A program made the position numbers and the translations under genes. Under the pieces are notes generated by a model. That model was given only the letters and a program-made list of their open reading frames with translations. It did not search any database and was not told the DNA's origin. A DNA stretch of 64,000 nucleotides, taken from a virus. The stretch lies in IMG/VR virus record IMGVR_UViG_3300025035_000013, positions 24,627 through 88,626 of that record; one strand, 5' to 3'. Shown here in pieces: positions 1 to 8,861 of this stretch. Every line of letters begins with the position of its first letter. The first letter of the stretch is position 1.

Positions 1-51
1 TATTGGTTTCTGTGTTTCTGCCAATTTAGTTTCTCTCGTTTTATATGCCAT
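1..51 (-). CDS. 5' end of a late gene running off the window (MAYKTRETKLAETQKP...)
   Basis: ATG at 51-49, open to the window edge, downstream of a minus-strand GATAAATA at 96-89. Confidence 0.5.
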   Translation of the reverse strand, partial: MAYKTRETKLAETQKPI

Positions 52-59
52 ATACTAGT

Positions 60-67
60 GATAAATA
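60..67 (+). promoter_or_regulatory. T4-type late promoter variant GATAAATA
   Basis: NATAAATA box about 40 nt upstream of gp4. Confidence 0.55.
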
Positions 68-88
68 TAATTGATTATGATTAATTAC

Positions 89-96
89 TATTTATC
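89..96 (-). promoter_or_regulatory. T4-type late promoter variant GATAAATA
   Basis: NATAAATA box upstream of the ATG at 51, face-to-face with the + strand box. Confidence 0.55.
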
Positions 97-108
97 ACTG
101 AGTGTTGA

Positions 109-549
109 ATGAGCAAATTTCCAAAACCATATAGATGGTCACCAAAACATCCTGAAAAATATGCAGGTGACCCAACACAAATATGGGTAAGGTCAGGATG
201 GGAACAGAAAGCAATGTTGTTCTTCGATAATAATCCTGATATATTAGAATGGTCTTCCGAAGAAATTGTTATACCATATCTGAGCCCAGTAGATAATAGA
301 ATACATAGATATTTCCCAGATTTTGTCGTTGTATCTAAATCAAGCACGGGTATTAATAATTATTTGGTAGAAGTTAAACCCAAGGCACAGACGCTTCCAC
401 CCAAAAAGAGGAAGAAATCTACTCCTAGGATGATTACTGAAATTATGACGTATGAAGTAAATCAAGCAAAATGGGCCGCGGCGCAACATTGGTGCAAAAT
501 TAAAAATATGACATTTCTTATACTAACAGAAGACCACATTAAACCATGA
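109..549 (+). CDS. gp4: head completion nuclease (T4 gp4, TnsA-like)
   Basis: P-EKY-GD...RSGWE...W-SE..IPY...RYFPDF...EVKP motifs of gp4. Confidence 0.9.
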   Translation: MSKFPKPYRWSPKHPEKYAGDPTQIWVRSGWEQKAMLFFDNNPDILEWSSEEIVIPYLSPVDNRIHRYFPDFVVVSKSSTGINNYLVEVKPKAQTLPPKKRKKSTPRMITEIMTYEVNQAKWAAAQHWCKIKNMTFLILTEDHIKP

Positions 550-1013
550 AAAGTTTCAAAGAATATATAAAAAAAGGCACTTATGCTGCATTGAAACCAG
601 TAAACTCAGATGCAAAAGCATTACACGATGTTTGCACAGAATTACATGTTCCTAATCTTGAACCAACTGATAAATTACATTGTACTTTATTATACAGTAG
701 AAAATTTCTCCCAAATTATATTCCCGAACCAGATAGAGAATATGAAGGAAAGATAAGTGGAGTAGAAATATGGCCGACAAAATCTGGTAAAAATTGCCTT
801 GTGATAAAATTTAAATCACCTGACATAATAAAAAGACACAATCAATTGATGGACGAACATAATGCTACTCACGATTTTTCAGAATTTAAACCTCATATTT
901 CTGCGTCGTACGATGTAGGCGACTTCGATATATCAAAGTTGAAAGACAAATTGCCTAAAGACATCACTTTTTCCAATGAATATGAAGAAGAATTGGATTT
1001 GACAGGAAAATGA
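546..1013 (+). CDS. acb1: 2H phosphoesterase, anti-CBASS nuclease Acb1 / T4 gp57B-like
   Basis: Two HxT/S motifs (LHCTLLYSR, KPHISASY) and ATHDF; next to gp2/gp4 as in T4. Confidence 0.8.
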   Translation: MKSFKEYIKKGTYAALKPVNSDAKALHDVCTELHVPNLEPTDKLHCTLLYSRKFLPNYIPEPDREYEGKISGVEIWPTKSGKNCLVIKFKSPDIIKRHNQLMDEHNATHDFSEFKPHISASYDVGDFDISKLKDKLPKDITFSNEYEEELDLTGK

Positions 1014-1582
1014 AGCAACCAATGCGCAACCTAAGAGATACCGTACATGCTAATGCCAAGAAAGAATCGAAACTATCTTGGCAGTGGTATGAAACTAATG
1101 TGAGAAATGCGGCAGCTGGAATGTCCGCTCAGAAGTTTCTGGGGGACAATCAAGCACATCAAAGTAAAAACGTAGTGCCGGGTGATATGGTAAGTTTCTT
1201 TTATTCTCCTAAGGGAAAAGATACCCTTCCTTATTATGATACATTCCCGATGAGTCTTCCTTTTAACACAGATTCTGATTCATTCACCGCACTCAATTTA
1301 CATTATCTACACCCAAGAGTAAGAGCAGCATTATTAGAAAAATTGATGGTATATAGCACAGATGATACTTTATCATCTAAAACTAAACTAGCATTCAGTT
1401 GGCAGGCATTAAAAACAGCATCTCAGTTCTCCGAGGTTTCTAATTGTGTCAAAAAATATTTATTCAAACAGGTAAAAAGTAACTTCATTATAATCCCACC
1501 AAACGAATGGAAATTTACGATATGGCTTCCTCTATGTCGTTTCAAGGGTGCCTCAAACGAAGAAGTCTGGAGTAAGAAATGA
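1010..1582 (+). CDS. gp2: DNA end protector protein (T4 gp2)
   Basis: Y-PK-K-TLPYYD-FP, LNLHYL-P--R and VKKYL motifs. Confidence 0.9.
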   Translation: MKQPMRNLRDTVHANAKKESKLSWQWYETNVRNAAAGMSAQKFLGDNQAHQSKNVVPGDMVSFFYSPKGKDTLPYYDTFPMSLPFNTDSDSFTALNLHYLHPRVRAALLEKLMVYSTDDTLSSKTKLAFSWQALKTASQFSEVSNCVKKYLFKQVKSNFIIIPPNEWKFTIWLPLCRFKGASNEEVWSKK

Positions 1583-2397
1583 GTATAAAAGACACCGTAG
1601 TTAACGGGCTGGAGGAATTAAAAAAACCTAGAAATGCTCTATTGTTGGGTGCATCTAAATATGCATATGACGTATTCGGTAAAAAAAATGTAGCTGAATC
1701 AACCCCACCAAATGATGATGCATTCTCATTATCATCGTTCACTGCAAAATTAAAAACTGATCAGTTCAGACTTTCTAAGGGGTATTATTACATTGGTTAT
1801 ATATTGGTTAATGGTGCTTCCTTAGAGGAGATAATGTCTATGGGGTTCCATTTAAACAAGGTGACATTGCCGGGCTGGAGAATCAAATCGCAACAAGCTA
1901 AAATATATGGACTGCAATATGAAATACCAATAGAATTAGAACAAGACCCTATGTGGATGACATTCAATGTGGATATAATGCACAGATTAGAAAAGTTCTT
2001 TATGCATAAAACAAAAGTATCGTTGTTTGATAAATCCTCTTATTCTCCTAAATATAAAGAAGAAGCGCAATTCAACATGCAATTAATAGTAACAGATGAA
2101 AATTTTACTCCAGTTCACAGTTACATTTTCGAAAATTGTTTTATAAAAACTGTATTGAATGTTAGTTATGGTGCATCGAATGTAGGACACCAAGAAATTA
2201 CCGTAGAACTAGTATACGAAACTGTTAAATATGAAGATATATTGACAGCAAGAAAATCAGGAAATATTGCACCTGATATTACATCTAAAAATAAACTTAA
2301 AATAGGGCCATTTAATGCAGACATAAGTGTTATAAATCAAGCAAAAGACACTATCAGTAATATACCAAAATGGTTTACAGGCGAAACAAAACTTTAA
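1579..2397 (+). CDS. baseplate/tail-tube junction protein (gp54/gp19-like fold)
   Basis: V-LPG, W-TF-VD and ITVEL-YE pattern typical of tail-tube fold proteins; position in the baseplate cluster. Confidence 0.5.
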   Translation: MSIKDTVVNGLEELKKPRNALLLGASKYAYDVFGKKNVAESTPPNDDAFSLSSFTAKLKTDQFRLSKGYYYIGYILVNGASLEEIMSMGFHLNKVTLPGWRIKSQQAKIYGLQYEIPIELEQDPMWMTFNVDIMHRLEKFFMHKTKVSLFDKSSYSPKYKEEAQFNMQLIVTDENFTPVHSYIFENCFIKTVLNVSYGASNVGHQEITVELVYETVKYEDILTARKSGNIAPDITSKNKLKIGPFNADISVINQAKDTISNIPKWFTGETKL

Positions 2398-2409
2398 AAG
2401 GAATATAAA

Positions 2410-3093
2410 ATGGCAATAATTGAAATGATGCTACCCGAATATATTTGCACTCTACCTATATCTAAAACGGTCGTTAAATATAGGCCCTTTACGGTGAAAG
2501 AAGAAAAAGTTCTTCTTTTAGCTAAAGAAGAGCAAAACACTGAAATGATGTTGACCTCAATGAACCAGATATTTAATAATTGTACGTTCGGCAAAATATC
2601 AATAGACAACATAAACAAAATAGATGCAGAATATTTGTTTCTTCAACTGAGATGCAAATCAATAGGAGAAGGCATCGATATTAAAGGTATATGCGAGGAG
2701 TGCGGAGTAAAAACTCCATTATTAATGGATTTAACTACTGCATTTGTTGCTGGTGAATTAAAGATTGAACCTATTGAGATAATGAAAGACATTTGGTTGA
2801 CAATGAAGGTGCCATCTTTAAAAGATTCTTTGCGGTTAAAAGAAGGAGATGATATTCTAGCGATTGCTATGTCACTTGATACTATAATTGAAGGGGAAAA
2901 TGTTAAACATGCCAGCGATTATACAGAACAGGAAAGGATAGAATTGATTGAATCTTTGATGAATAGTCAATTAGTAAAATTGACTCAATTCTATAAGAAC
3001 TTCCCTATATTAACTATAGATATAGAATACACATGCAAGTGCGAACATAAAAATAAAATTCACATTGAAGGCATAGATAATTTTTTCGCTTGA
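2410..3093 (+). CDS. gp26: baseplate hub assembly protein (T4 gp26-like)
   Basis: LP-Y---LP-S...YRPFTVKEEK-LL, D-EYLFLQLR-KSIGE, CxxC motifs. Confidence 0.85.
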   Translation: MAIIEMMLPEYICTLPISKTVVKYRPFTVKEEKVLLLAKEEQNTEMMLTSMNQIFNNCTFGKISIDNINKIDAEYLFLQLRCKSIGEGIDIKGICEECGVKTPLLMDLTTAFVAGELKIEPIEIMKDIWLTMKVPSLKDSLRLKEGDDILAIAMSLDTIIEGENVKHASDYTEQERIELIESLMNSQLVKLTQFYKNFPILTIDIEYTCKCEHKNKIHIEGIDNFFA

Positions 3094-3112
3094 GCCTCTC
3101 TGAAGAGGGGCT
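3081..3112 (+). promoter_or_regulatory. candidate -1 programmed ribosomal frameshift signal
   Basis: Slippery heptamer T TTT TTC (3081-3087), 5-nt spacer, 8-bp hairpin AGCCTCTC-TGAA-GAGGGGCT (3093-3112). Confidence 0.7.
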
Positions 3113-3248
3113 GGCAGAATATTTTAAACTTAATTTCTCTCTTATCAACAATAAACACTTCACGTTGGCAGAGTTGGAAGATATGTTGCCGTGGGAAAGA
3201 AGTATATATGTTGGATTATTGAAACAGAAACAAGAAAAAGAGGATTGA
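3090..3248 (+). CDS. gp51: baseplate hub assembly catalyst (gp51-like), not in the ORF track
   Basis: Manual translation LSLSEEGLAEYFKLNFSLINNKHFTLAELEDMLPWERSIYVGLLKQKQEKED* has the gp51-like LE-M-PWER-IY motif; lies in the -1 frame of gp26. Confidence 0.7.
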   Translation: MSLSEEGLAEYFKLNFSLINNKHFTLAELEDMLPWERSIYVGLLKQKQEKED

Positions 3249-3249
3249 A

Positions 3250-5049
3250 ATGTCTATTTTATCGGACAACGCGTTAGTTAAACAAAAGAAACGATTTGAT
3301 GCTGTGATTAAGGTCATGGCATATAATATAGTTGACGGACATCTTACTAATACTAATGCTCTACCTACGCCGGCTGAAGTAAATGGCATGATAAAAGACG
3401 AAGAGACTGAACTTCGTATATTATTCAAGACAAATAAAACAGAGTTTAACAATTATTTAAATTCATATTTCCACACGGTTAAAGGTAAACATATTGCTAC
3501 CTTAGCCCCTGATATGCAGGATTTATTAATTGAAGAGGGAGCAGTAACCTCTGGTGGTAAAATATCGGCTGGGGCCGCGCGTGCCGTAAAAAGTGGACTA
3601 GGTAAATTGCATGTGAGAGCATCTGCATCTCAACTCGGTATTGATATTAAACCATCTACCGCTAGAACTGGTATATTGGATACATTTAAATCGAGATATT
3701 ATGACCCAAATACTCCAAAGACTACCGCAGAGAATAAACAGCTAGTGCTTGATAAAAGGGGATTCGCAGAAGACGACAAATATCGTGCTCTAATTCTTTC
3801 TGAAGAAAAAAGAATATTAGATAAAAAGCATCTAGCCACAGAGGAAGAAATTCGGTTATTGAAGGCAATCAAAGAAACAAAAGTACAATGGGACAAGAAG
3901 GTAATGTCCAATGAAAGATTTAGAGCATCATTAAGTCCAGCAGGCAAAGGGTTGGATGATGTTCTGACTGTGGCAAAGTCAGGATTAAGTTCTATAATGA
4001 AATTCTTGCTTACACCAAAGCAACCCAAAAATGTCCAAGCTGTGGAAAATCCTCCTGTTGTTGCCCCTACTCCTACGCCTGTTGTTGCACCTACTCCTGT
4101 ACCTCCAAAAAATAATATCACAACAAAAGAGTCAGAATTGCCATTAATGGCAACCCCAAAGTACAGGCAACCTCAAAAGTCGAATATAAAGATAGAAGAA
4201 AAGAATCTTGCTGCTAATGATAGTGTATTTGAGGAAGAAAAAGATGAATCAGCTGATGAACTGATAGAAAGTACAAAAGAAGCGGCAAAAAAGAATTATG
4301 AAATCCTTGTACAGATAGATGAGGATATTAAGAATTTGAAGGGAACTGGCGAGGAATCCTCTTTAATAGATACAATATCTGCCGGAATATCAGGAGCATT
4401 AGCATCAAAACTTTTACCAGCATTAAAATCTATTGTTGGTTCAATTGCTAGAATAGCCGTGCCAGCGGCATTGATTGCAGGTGCTGGTGCGGCTGGATAT
4501 GCTGCTGGCACAAGTATATTAAAATCTATTGGTGAACTGGATGAAAATGGCAACATCGCTGGCGATAGTGTAATCGGTAAAGTGACTTCTTTTTTGTCTG
4601 GAGCAGATACCGATGCCGAAAATGCTGCTAAGCCTGTTCCCATGGATTTGGAACACATCTCAACTGCCCGATTAATTCAATTAAATAAATCGAGGGTGGC
4701 TCAAGGCAAGGACGAATTATATAGAGACGAAGCATCTCAAAAGAAATGGGATGCTGAACGAGCCGCGATGCGGGCAGCGAGAGCAGCAGCAGCCAAGAAA
4801 CTTGAAACTCAACCAAAAAATACTGCTGAGGAATTAGATAAACAATCTACTATTATTGAGAAAAATAAAAATACAGCCAAAGCACAAGAAGTAGCGGCGG
4901 CAGTTGGTTCTGCTATCACTCAAAGTAATCAACAGACCATCCAAAATATATCTACTGTCGCTAATGATAATAACAGACAAAAAGATAGCCCTCGAAATCA
5001 AGATAATAGTATTTCACTATTCTTGAAAACGAGAGCTAAATTTGCTTAA
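3250..5049 (+). CDS. baseplate hub / tape-measure-like protein (gp29-like)
   Basis: 599 aa, helical and Ala/Gly-rich hydrophobic stretch, Pro-Thr linker; follows gp26/gp51. Confidence 0.55.
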   Translation: MSILSDNALVKQKKRFDAVIKVMAYNIVDGHLTNTNALPTPAEVNGMIKDEETELRILFKTNKTEFNNYLNSYFHTVKGKHIATLAPDMQDLLIEEGAVTSGGKISAGAARAVKSGLGKLHVRASASQLGIDIKPSTARTGILDTFKSRYYDPNTPKTTAENKQLVLDKRGFAEDDKYRALILSEEKRILDKKHLATEEEIRLLKAIKETKVQWDKKVMSNERFRASLSPAGKGLDDVLTVAKSGLSSIMKFLLTPKQPKNVQAVENPPVVAPTPTPVVAPTPVPPKNNITTKESELPLMATPKYRQPQKSNIKIEEKNLAANDSVFEEEKDESADELIESTKEAAKKNYEILVQIDEDIKNLKGTGEESSLIDTISAGISGALASKLLPALKSIVGSIARIAVPAALIAGAGAAGYAAGTSILKSIGELDENGNIAGDSVIGKVTSFLSGADTDAENAAKPVPMDLEHISTARLIQLNKSRVAQGKDELYRDEASQKKWDAERAAMRAARAAAAKKLETQPKNTAEELDKQSTIIEKNKNTAKAQEVAAAVGSAITQSNQQTIQNISTVANDNNRQKDSPRNQDNSISLFLKTRAKFA

Positions 5050-5918
5050 TCCGCTTTTTCAGATAGACTTCGAATCAGATTCATCACATCATCTGTATCA
5101 TCATCTGTTGATACTTCAACTCGCTTAGTAGCTACTTTTGCTTCTTTTACTACTTTTTGTGTATCCTCGACTTCTTCATTTGCCCTATCATCTACTTCAG
5201 GCGCTTTTACCAAGACAAAAGCAAGACGTTTTCGCAATGCATCAGCAGATTTAAATTGATCCTTCTGGATAAATTTCTGTGGGTCATTTTCTGCCGTATA
5301 CTGCGCCATGAAATCGACATCAATATCACCGCCAGCTTCAAACGTTGACTTTCCATAATTAACCTGCCCATCTACCTTACGAATTCGAAGCTTGAAGTTT
5401 GGCCAATTGTTTTCATCGCCTTCTACACCAAATACATTATATTTCGCATCGTCCTCATCAACTGGTTGCAATGCATCTGCAATCATATCGAATACCTTTG
5501 TGCCGAATTTGTAAAGATATACTTTACCTTCGTGCTCTTGGTTCTTCTTATCTTCGATGACAAGAATACGAGCGATATATGATGTTTTGCGATTCATCCC
5601 GTACTTTCTAGCATCATCCTTCGACATCGAAGCATATAACTTACCATTTTCAATACATACTGGGCATTCCTCATCGATTGAAGTAAGGCAATTATCAATC
5701 AACCATTTACCGTTCGGTCCTTGAAAACCATGGGTATACAACTTAACAAATGGAACATCTTCTTCGTTAGCTGCAGGTAGGAATCGGATAACAGCTGAAC
5801 CATTACCGGCGGCGTCTCGAGTTGGATAATAGAAGAATTCATCTGTTCTATCAAAGGAAGAATTGGTTTTTGCTTTTTGGACTGCTGCTAGGAGTTTGTT
5901 CATTGCTGAATTTGACAT
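5046..5918 (-). CDS. gp32: single-stranded DNA-binding protein (T4 gp32)
   Basis: GNGSAVIRFLPA, HGFQ...W-I-NC, CPVC, RK-SY, acidic C-tail. Confidence 0.95.
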   Translation of the reverse strand: MSNSAMNKLLAAVQKAKTNSSFDRTDEFFYYPTRDAAGNGSAVIRFLPAANEEDVPFVKLYTHGFQGPNGKWLIDNCLTSIDEECPVCIENGKLYASMSKDDARKYGMNRKTSYIARILVIEDKKNQEHEGKVYLYKFGTKVFDMIADALQPVDEDDAKYNVFGVEGDENNWPNFKLRIRKVDGQVNYGKSTFEAGGDIDVDFMAQYTAENDPQKFIQKDQFKSADALRKRLAFVLVKAPEVDDRANEEVEDTQKVVKEAKVATKRVEVSTDDDTDDVMNLIRSLSEKAD

Positions 5919-6041
5919 TTTATTTCCTTTATTTAAACGGCTTCTCGACTTATCGTCATACGTGCCAACCTGTTAAAAAATCACAATATCATAATGTACT
6001 CGGAGGTAACAGCACCTCACGTCTTTAATTACAACTAAAAT

Positions 6042-6230
6042 TCATTTCAATAGATGTTTCACTTGAAAATAAAGTTCCTCATCTTCCTCACAATCAAATG
6101 ATTCTTCTTCCTGAATTTCATTCAAACGTTGTTTCTTTTGTTTCCTGGCTAACTTTTCTTCTACTTCGGCTTGAAAATGTTTCTTATGAAATTTCTTGTC
6201 CACTTCTCTATTTCCTAAATGATAACACAA
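6042..6230 (-). CDS. small hypothetical protein
   Basis: ORF between gp59 and gp32; likely GTG start internal to the ORF. Confidence 0.55.
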   Translation of the reverse strand: MCYHLGNREVDKKFHKKHFQAEVEEKLARKQKKQRLNEIQEEESFDCEEDEELYFQVKHLLK

Positions 6231-6777
6231 ATGGTGAATAATTGCAAATTTTTCTAACTTCTTCTCTTACTAATGGGTCTATCGAGTCACTTAACTTGCG
6301 CATATAAGGATAAGTGATATTACAGAGGCAAATGAACTCAATACTAATAGAATTTTCCCAAAATAACTGAAGAATCGGCGGAGGGTTTCCTGTTCTAGTT
6401 TCTTCAAAAAATGACTTGAACGATACCGTCTTACTGTCTCTAATTGTTTGGATGGTGGAAAAATCATTTGTTATGTTCTTAGTGAAAGTAGAATAAAATT
6501 TAATTTTCTCAAAGTATTTATCATTTGCTTCAGTATAATTATTATATAACCAGTCTGTGTTGTCTAAAAAATTGAAGACACAGAATTTAAGAGCATCTTT
6601 AGATGATTCGATGTGCCGAGCAAAATATGAAAATCTATGTTTGTCTCTTCTGTTATCAAATGAAATACTAGAAATCGTTTTAGACTTTCCCTTATATTTA
6701 TTTAAATCATAAGAAGAAGTAAAATGTAAATTTACTGCTGAGTATATTTTATAAAATTTGTATGGCTGAATAGGCAT
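6208..6777 (-). CDS. gp59: helicase loader (T4 gp59)
   Basis: Y-A--LHFT..YD--KY-GK...F--R-DK--F motif; gp33-gp59-gp32 synteny. Confidence 0.85.
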   Translation of the reverse strand: MPIQPYKFYKIYSAVNLHFTSSYDLNKYKGKSKTISSISFDNRRDKHRFSYFARHIESSKDALKFCVFNFLDNTDWLYNNYTEANDKYFEKIKFYSTFTKNITNDFSTIQTIRDSKTVSFKSFFEETRTGNPPPILQLFWENSISIEFICLCNITYPYMRKLSDSIDPLVREEVRKICNYSPFVLSFRK

Positions 6778-6778
6778 T

Positions 6779-7030
6779 TCATATTGGCAATTTAGATGTT
6801 TCTTTCAATAACCCAGCGGCAATAGATTCCTCCTCTAATTTGCATTTGAGTAGAGGAGATATGAGTTGCAATTTAACCAAATCCTCAGGGTCTATACCAT
6901 TATTATCACACACATACATGATAGATTCCATATATGGAATATGATTTGATATACTGATGTCATTGACCATCATATAAAACTTTTCTCCATTTAAGAATTG
7001 TGCCTCAAGTTCTTCTCGCGTTTTCATCAT
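6779..7030 (-). CDS. gp33: late transcription coactivator (T4 gp33)
   Basis: YME-I---CD---IDPE...LK-KLE-E motif; synteny. Confidence 0.8.
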   Translation of the reverse strand: MMKTREELEAQFLNGEKFYMMVNDISISNHIPYMESIMYVCDNNGIDPEDLVKLQLISPLLKCKLEEESIAAGLLKETSKLPI

Positions 7031-7407
7031 TCATCAATCCAATTATAGAGGTGTTTCATTTTAGCCTTGGCTGCTGTACTGGTAGGTTGCAAGGTATTGT
7101 TATCGATATTGTATATGATGTTATCGAAAATAGAATGTTTCCTATTCAAAGGACATGCATATCCAATATTCCTTACTTTATTAGCGGCTGCTACGGTTGC
7201 ACCAGTCTGCTTTGAGAAGTTATCTTTGTCTGAGCAAAACGAGGGGTAAAAAGTCAATGTCATAGTGTCATAATTGAGTTCACAGATGGCAGTCATGCCG
7301 CCGGATGAGGAATATTGATTGTGCTTGTCATCCCAGCGCCTATAATATCTGAGTACAGTAACTACAGCAGGCTTTTCTTTCTTTCCACAAACACAATTGC
7401 GTTGCAT
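7027..7407 (-). CDS. hypothetical protein
   Basis: Intact ORF overlapping the gp33 start. Confidence 0.6.
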   Translation of the reverse strand: MQRNCVCGKKEKPAVVTVLRYYRRWDDKHNQYSSSGGMTAICELNYDTMTLTFYPSFCSDKDNFSKQTGATVAAANKVRNIGYACPLNRKHSIFDNIIYNIDNNTLQPTSTAAKAKMKHLYNWIDE

Positions 7408-7423
7408 TTCAAATTCTCCTAAA

Positions 7424-7618
7424 TTAGTATTGTTTCATCACAAATCCGACAGGTTTCAGACTGTCTGCTCTTACAAATTGAGCTGTTTTAAAATCGGCCG
7501 TTACTTCAATGAATCTAACCCCGCCAATTTGTTTTTCAAATGCATCTCTCTCAAGATGATAGAAAATCATTCCTGGGTCATACATTGATTCAGATTTGAT
7601 GAATTTGTAATTTTCCAT
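7424..7618 (-). CDS. small hypothetical protein
   Basis: Intact ORF in operon orientation. Confidence 0.6.
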   Translation of the reverse strand: MENYKFIKSESMYDPGMIFYHLERDAFEKQIGGVRFIEVTADFKTAQFVRADSLKPVGFVMKQY

Positions 7619-7675
7619 AATTGCCCTTATAAATTATTTTCGTGTGATAGAATACTCTGATGAAGCGAGTGGCAT

Positions 7676-8773
7676 TCACATCTCCATTTTCTTCATGACA
7701 AAATCTCGTACCCTCTTTGCAACAGACGGCCCGAGTTCTTTGAATGTAAAACCAGAGGCTGCAATAATATTGACATCTTCTTTTATAATATCAGACATTA
7801 CCCAGCGAATCATGTCGCCTGTTTTCTTTATATCAACTTCCCCGCCATTCAACGTGTCAAATATAATTTGCGCAGCTTGTTCAAGGCGCCCATTATGGGC
7901 AAGTCTAGCAGCCAAATCCTTCAAATTATTAATTTTTTCTACATCAATTGTGGCGAGTATTTTTACTTTGCTATTGCTGTGTTTCTCTCCTTTTACTTTG
8001 AACCAAAAACCAGAATTATTATAATTTTCGTCGGTGCATCTCCAAACGATTCCCTCTCCTGTCGCGTTGACACCAAATGCCGCACCAACAGGGCATTCTT
8101 CTTCTACTGATAGAGTTAATTGATTGAGTTTATTTTGGACTGCATGAGGATTTTCAAAATCAATATCAAGTTGAAAGCAAGGAAAGTCATATATACAATA
8201 TATGCAAGATTCCTCAGGAATCTTTCCAGTTGGCCTCAATACATATTCACGGCATCCATCGATTGTATCAACAATTTGTTGACGTGTAAAATATGTCTTA
8301 TTGCCTTCCTCGTCAACAAATGCCACACCAAAGATAACAAACATTTTTGGCAGTTCAGAAATAGCAACACCTTTTTGGATGCCCTTCCCACACCATTCTC
8401 CCCAAACAACAATATCTTGTTTCAGAGAATCTGCGATTGCATCGCGAGCAATACATCTAGCTGTACACATTAAATCTCGAAACGCAAATTCGTTCGCAAT
8501 TGCAAACATGGCAAATCCAGCATTATCTCTTTCTGGTGTGATGATATTTTCGCGGGATTGATACCACATATCGCCATCATGCGACTGCGCAACAGAGGAA
8601 TTTGTCCCGTGTAATTTTACGGTGCCCTCAAAATGCAGTGTAGGAAGCTTAGCAGATGTATCGAAAATTGCATTCCCATTATCATCAAGCCCACTGAAGC
8701 GAACTTTATGCTGTACGTTTTTTACAACATTACGAAATTGCTCAATAGAAGGCCAGCGAATTAAATTTTGCAT
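7676..8773 (-). CDS. RNA ligase, Rnl2-like family
   Basis: Nucleotidyltransferase motifs KLHGTN, GEWCG, FVIFG, EGIVW, FKVK. Confidence 0.85.
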   Translation of the reverse strand: MQNLIRWPSIEQFRNVVKNVQHKVRFSGLDDNGNAIFDTSAKLPTLHFEGTVKLHGTNSSVAQSHDGDMWYQSRENIITPERDNAGFAMFAIANEFAFRDLMCTARCIARDAIADSLKQDIVVWGEWCGKGIQKGVAISELPKMFVIFGVAFVDEEGNKTYFTRQQIVDTIDGCREYVLRPTGKIPEESCIYCIYDFPCFQLDIDFENPHAVQNKLNQLTLSVEEECPVGAAFGVNATGEGIVWRCTDENYNNSGFWFKVKGEKHSNSKVKILATIDVEKINNLKDLAARLAHNGRLEQAAQIIFDTLNGGEVDIKKTGDMIRWVMSDIIKEDVNIIAASGFTFKELGPSVAKRVRDFVMKKMEM

Positions 8774-8861
8774 GATGTATATTTCCTTAAATCAGATTAC
8801 CGTGAATGTCGATATGTGCTTCTTTTGCTCGATTAATAAGATTGGTAATATCATGTAAACG

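Noticed and set aside
5919-6040. gp32 autoregulatory pseudoknot
   Set aside because: Only short, weak pairings are visible; cannot support a pseudoknot without folding or comparative data
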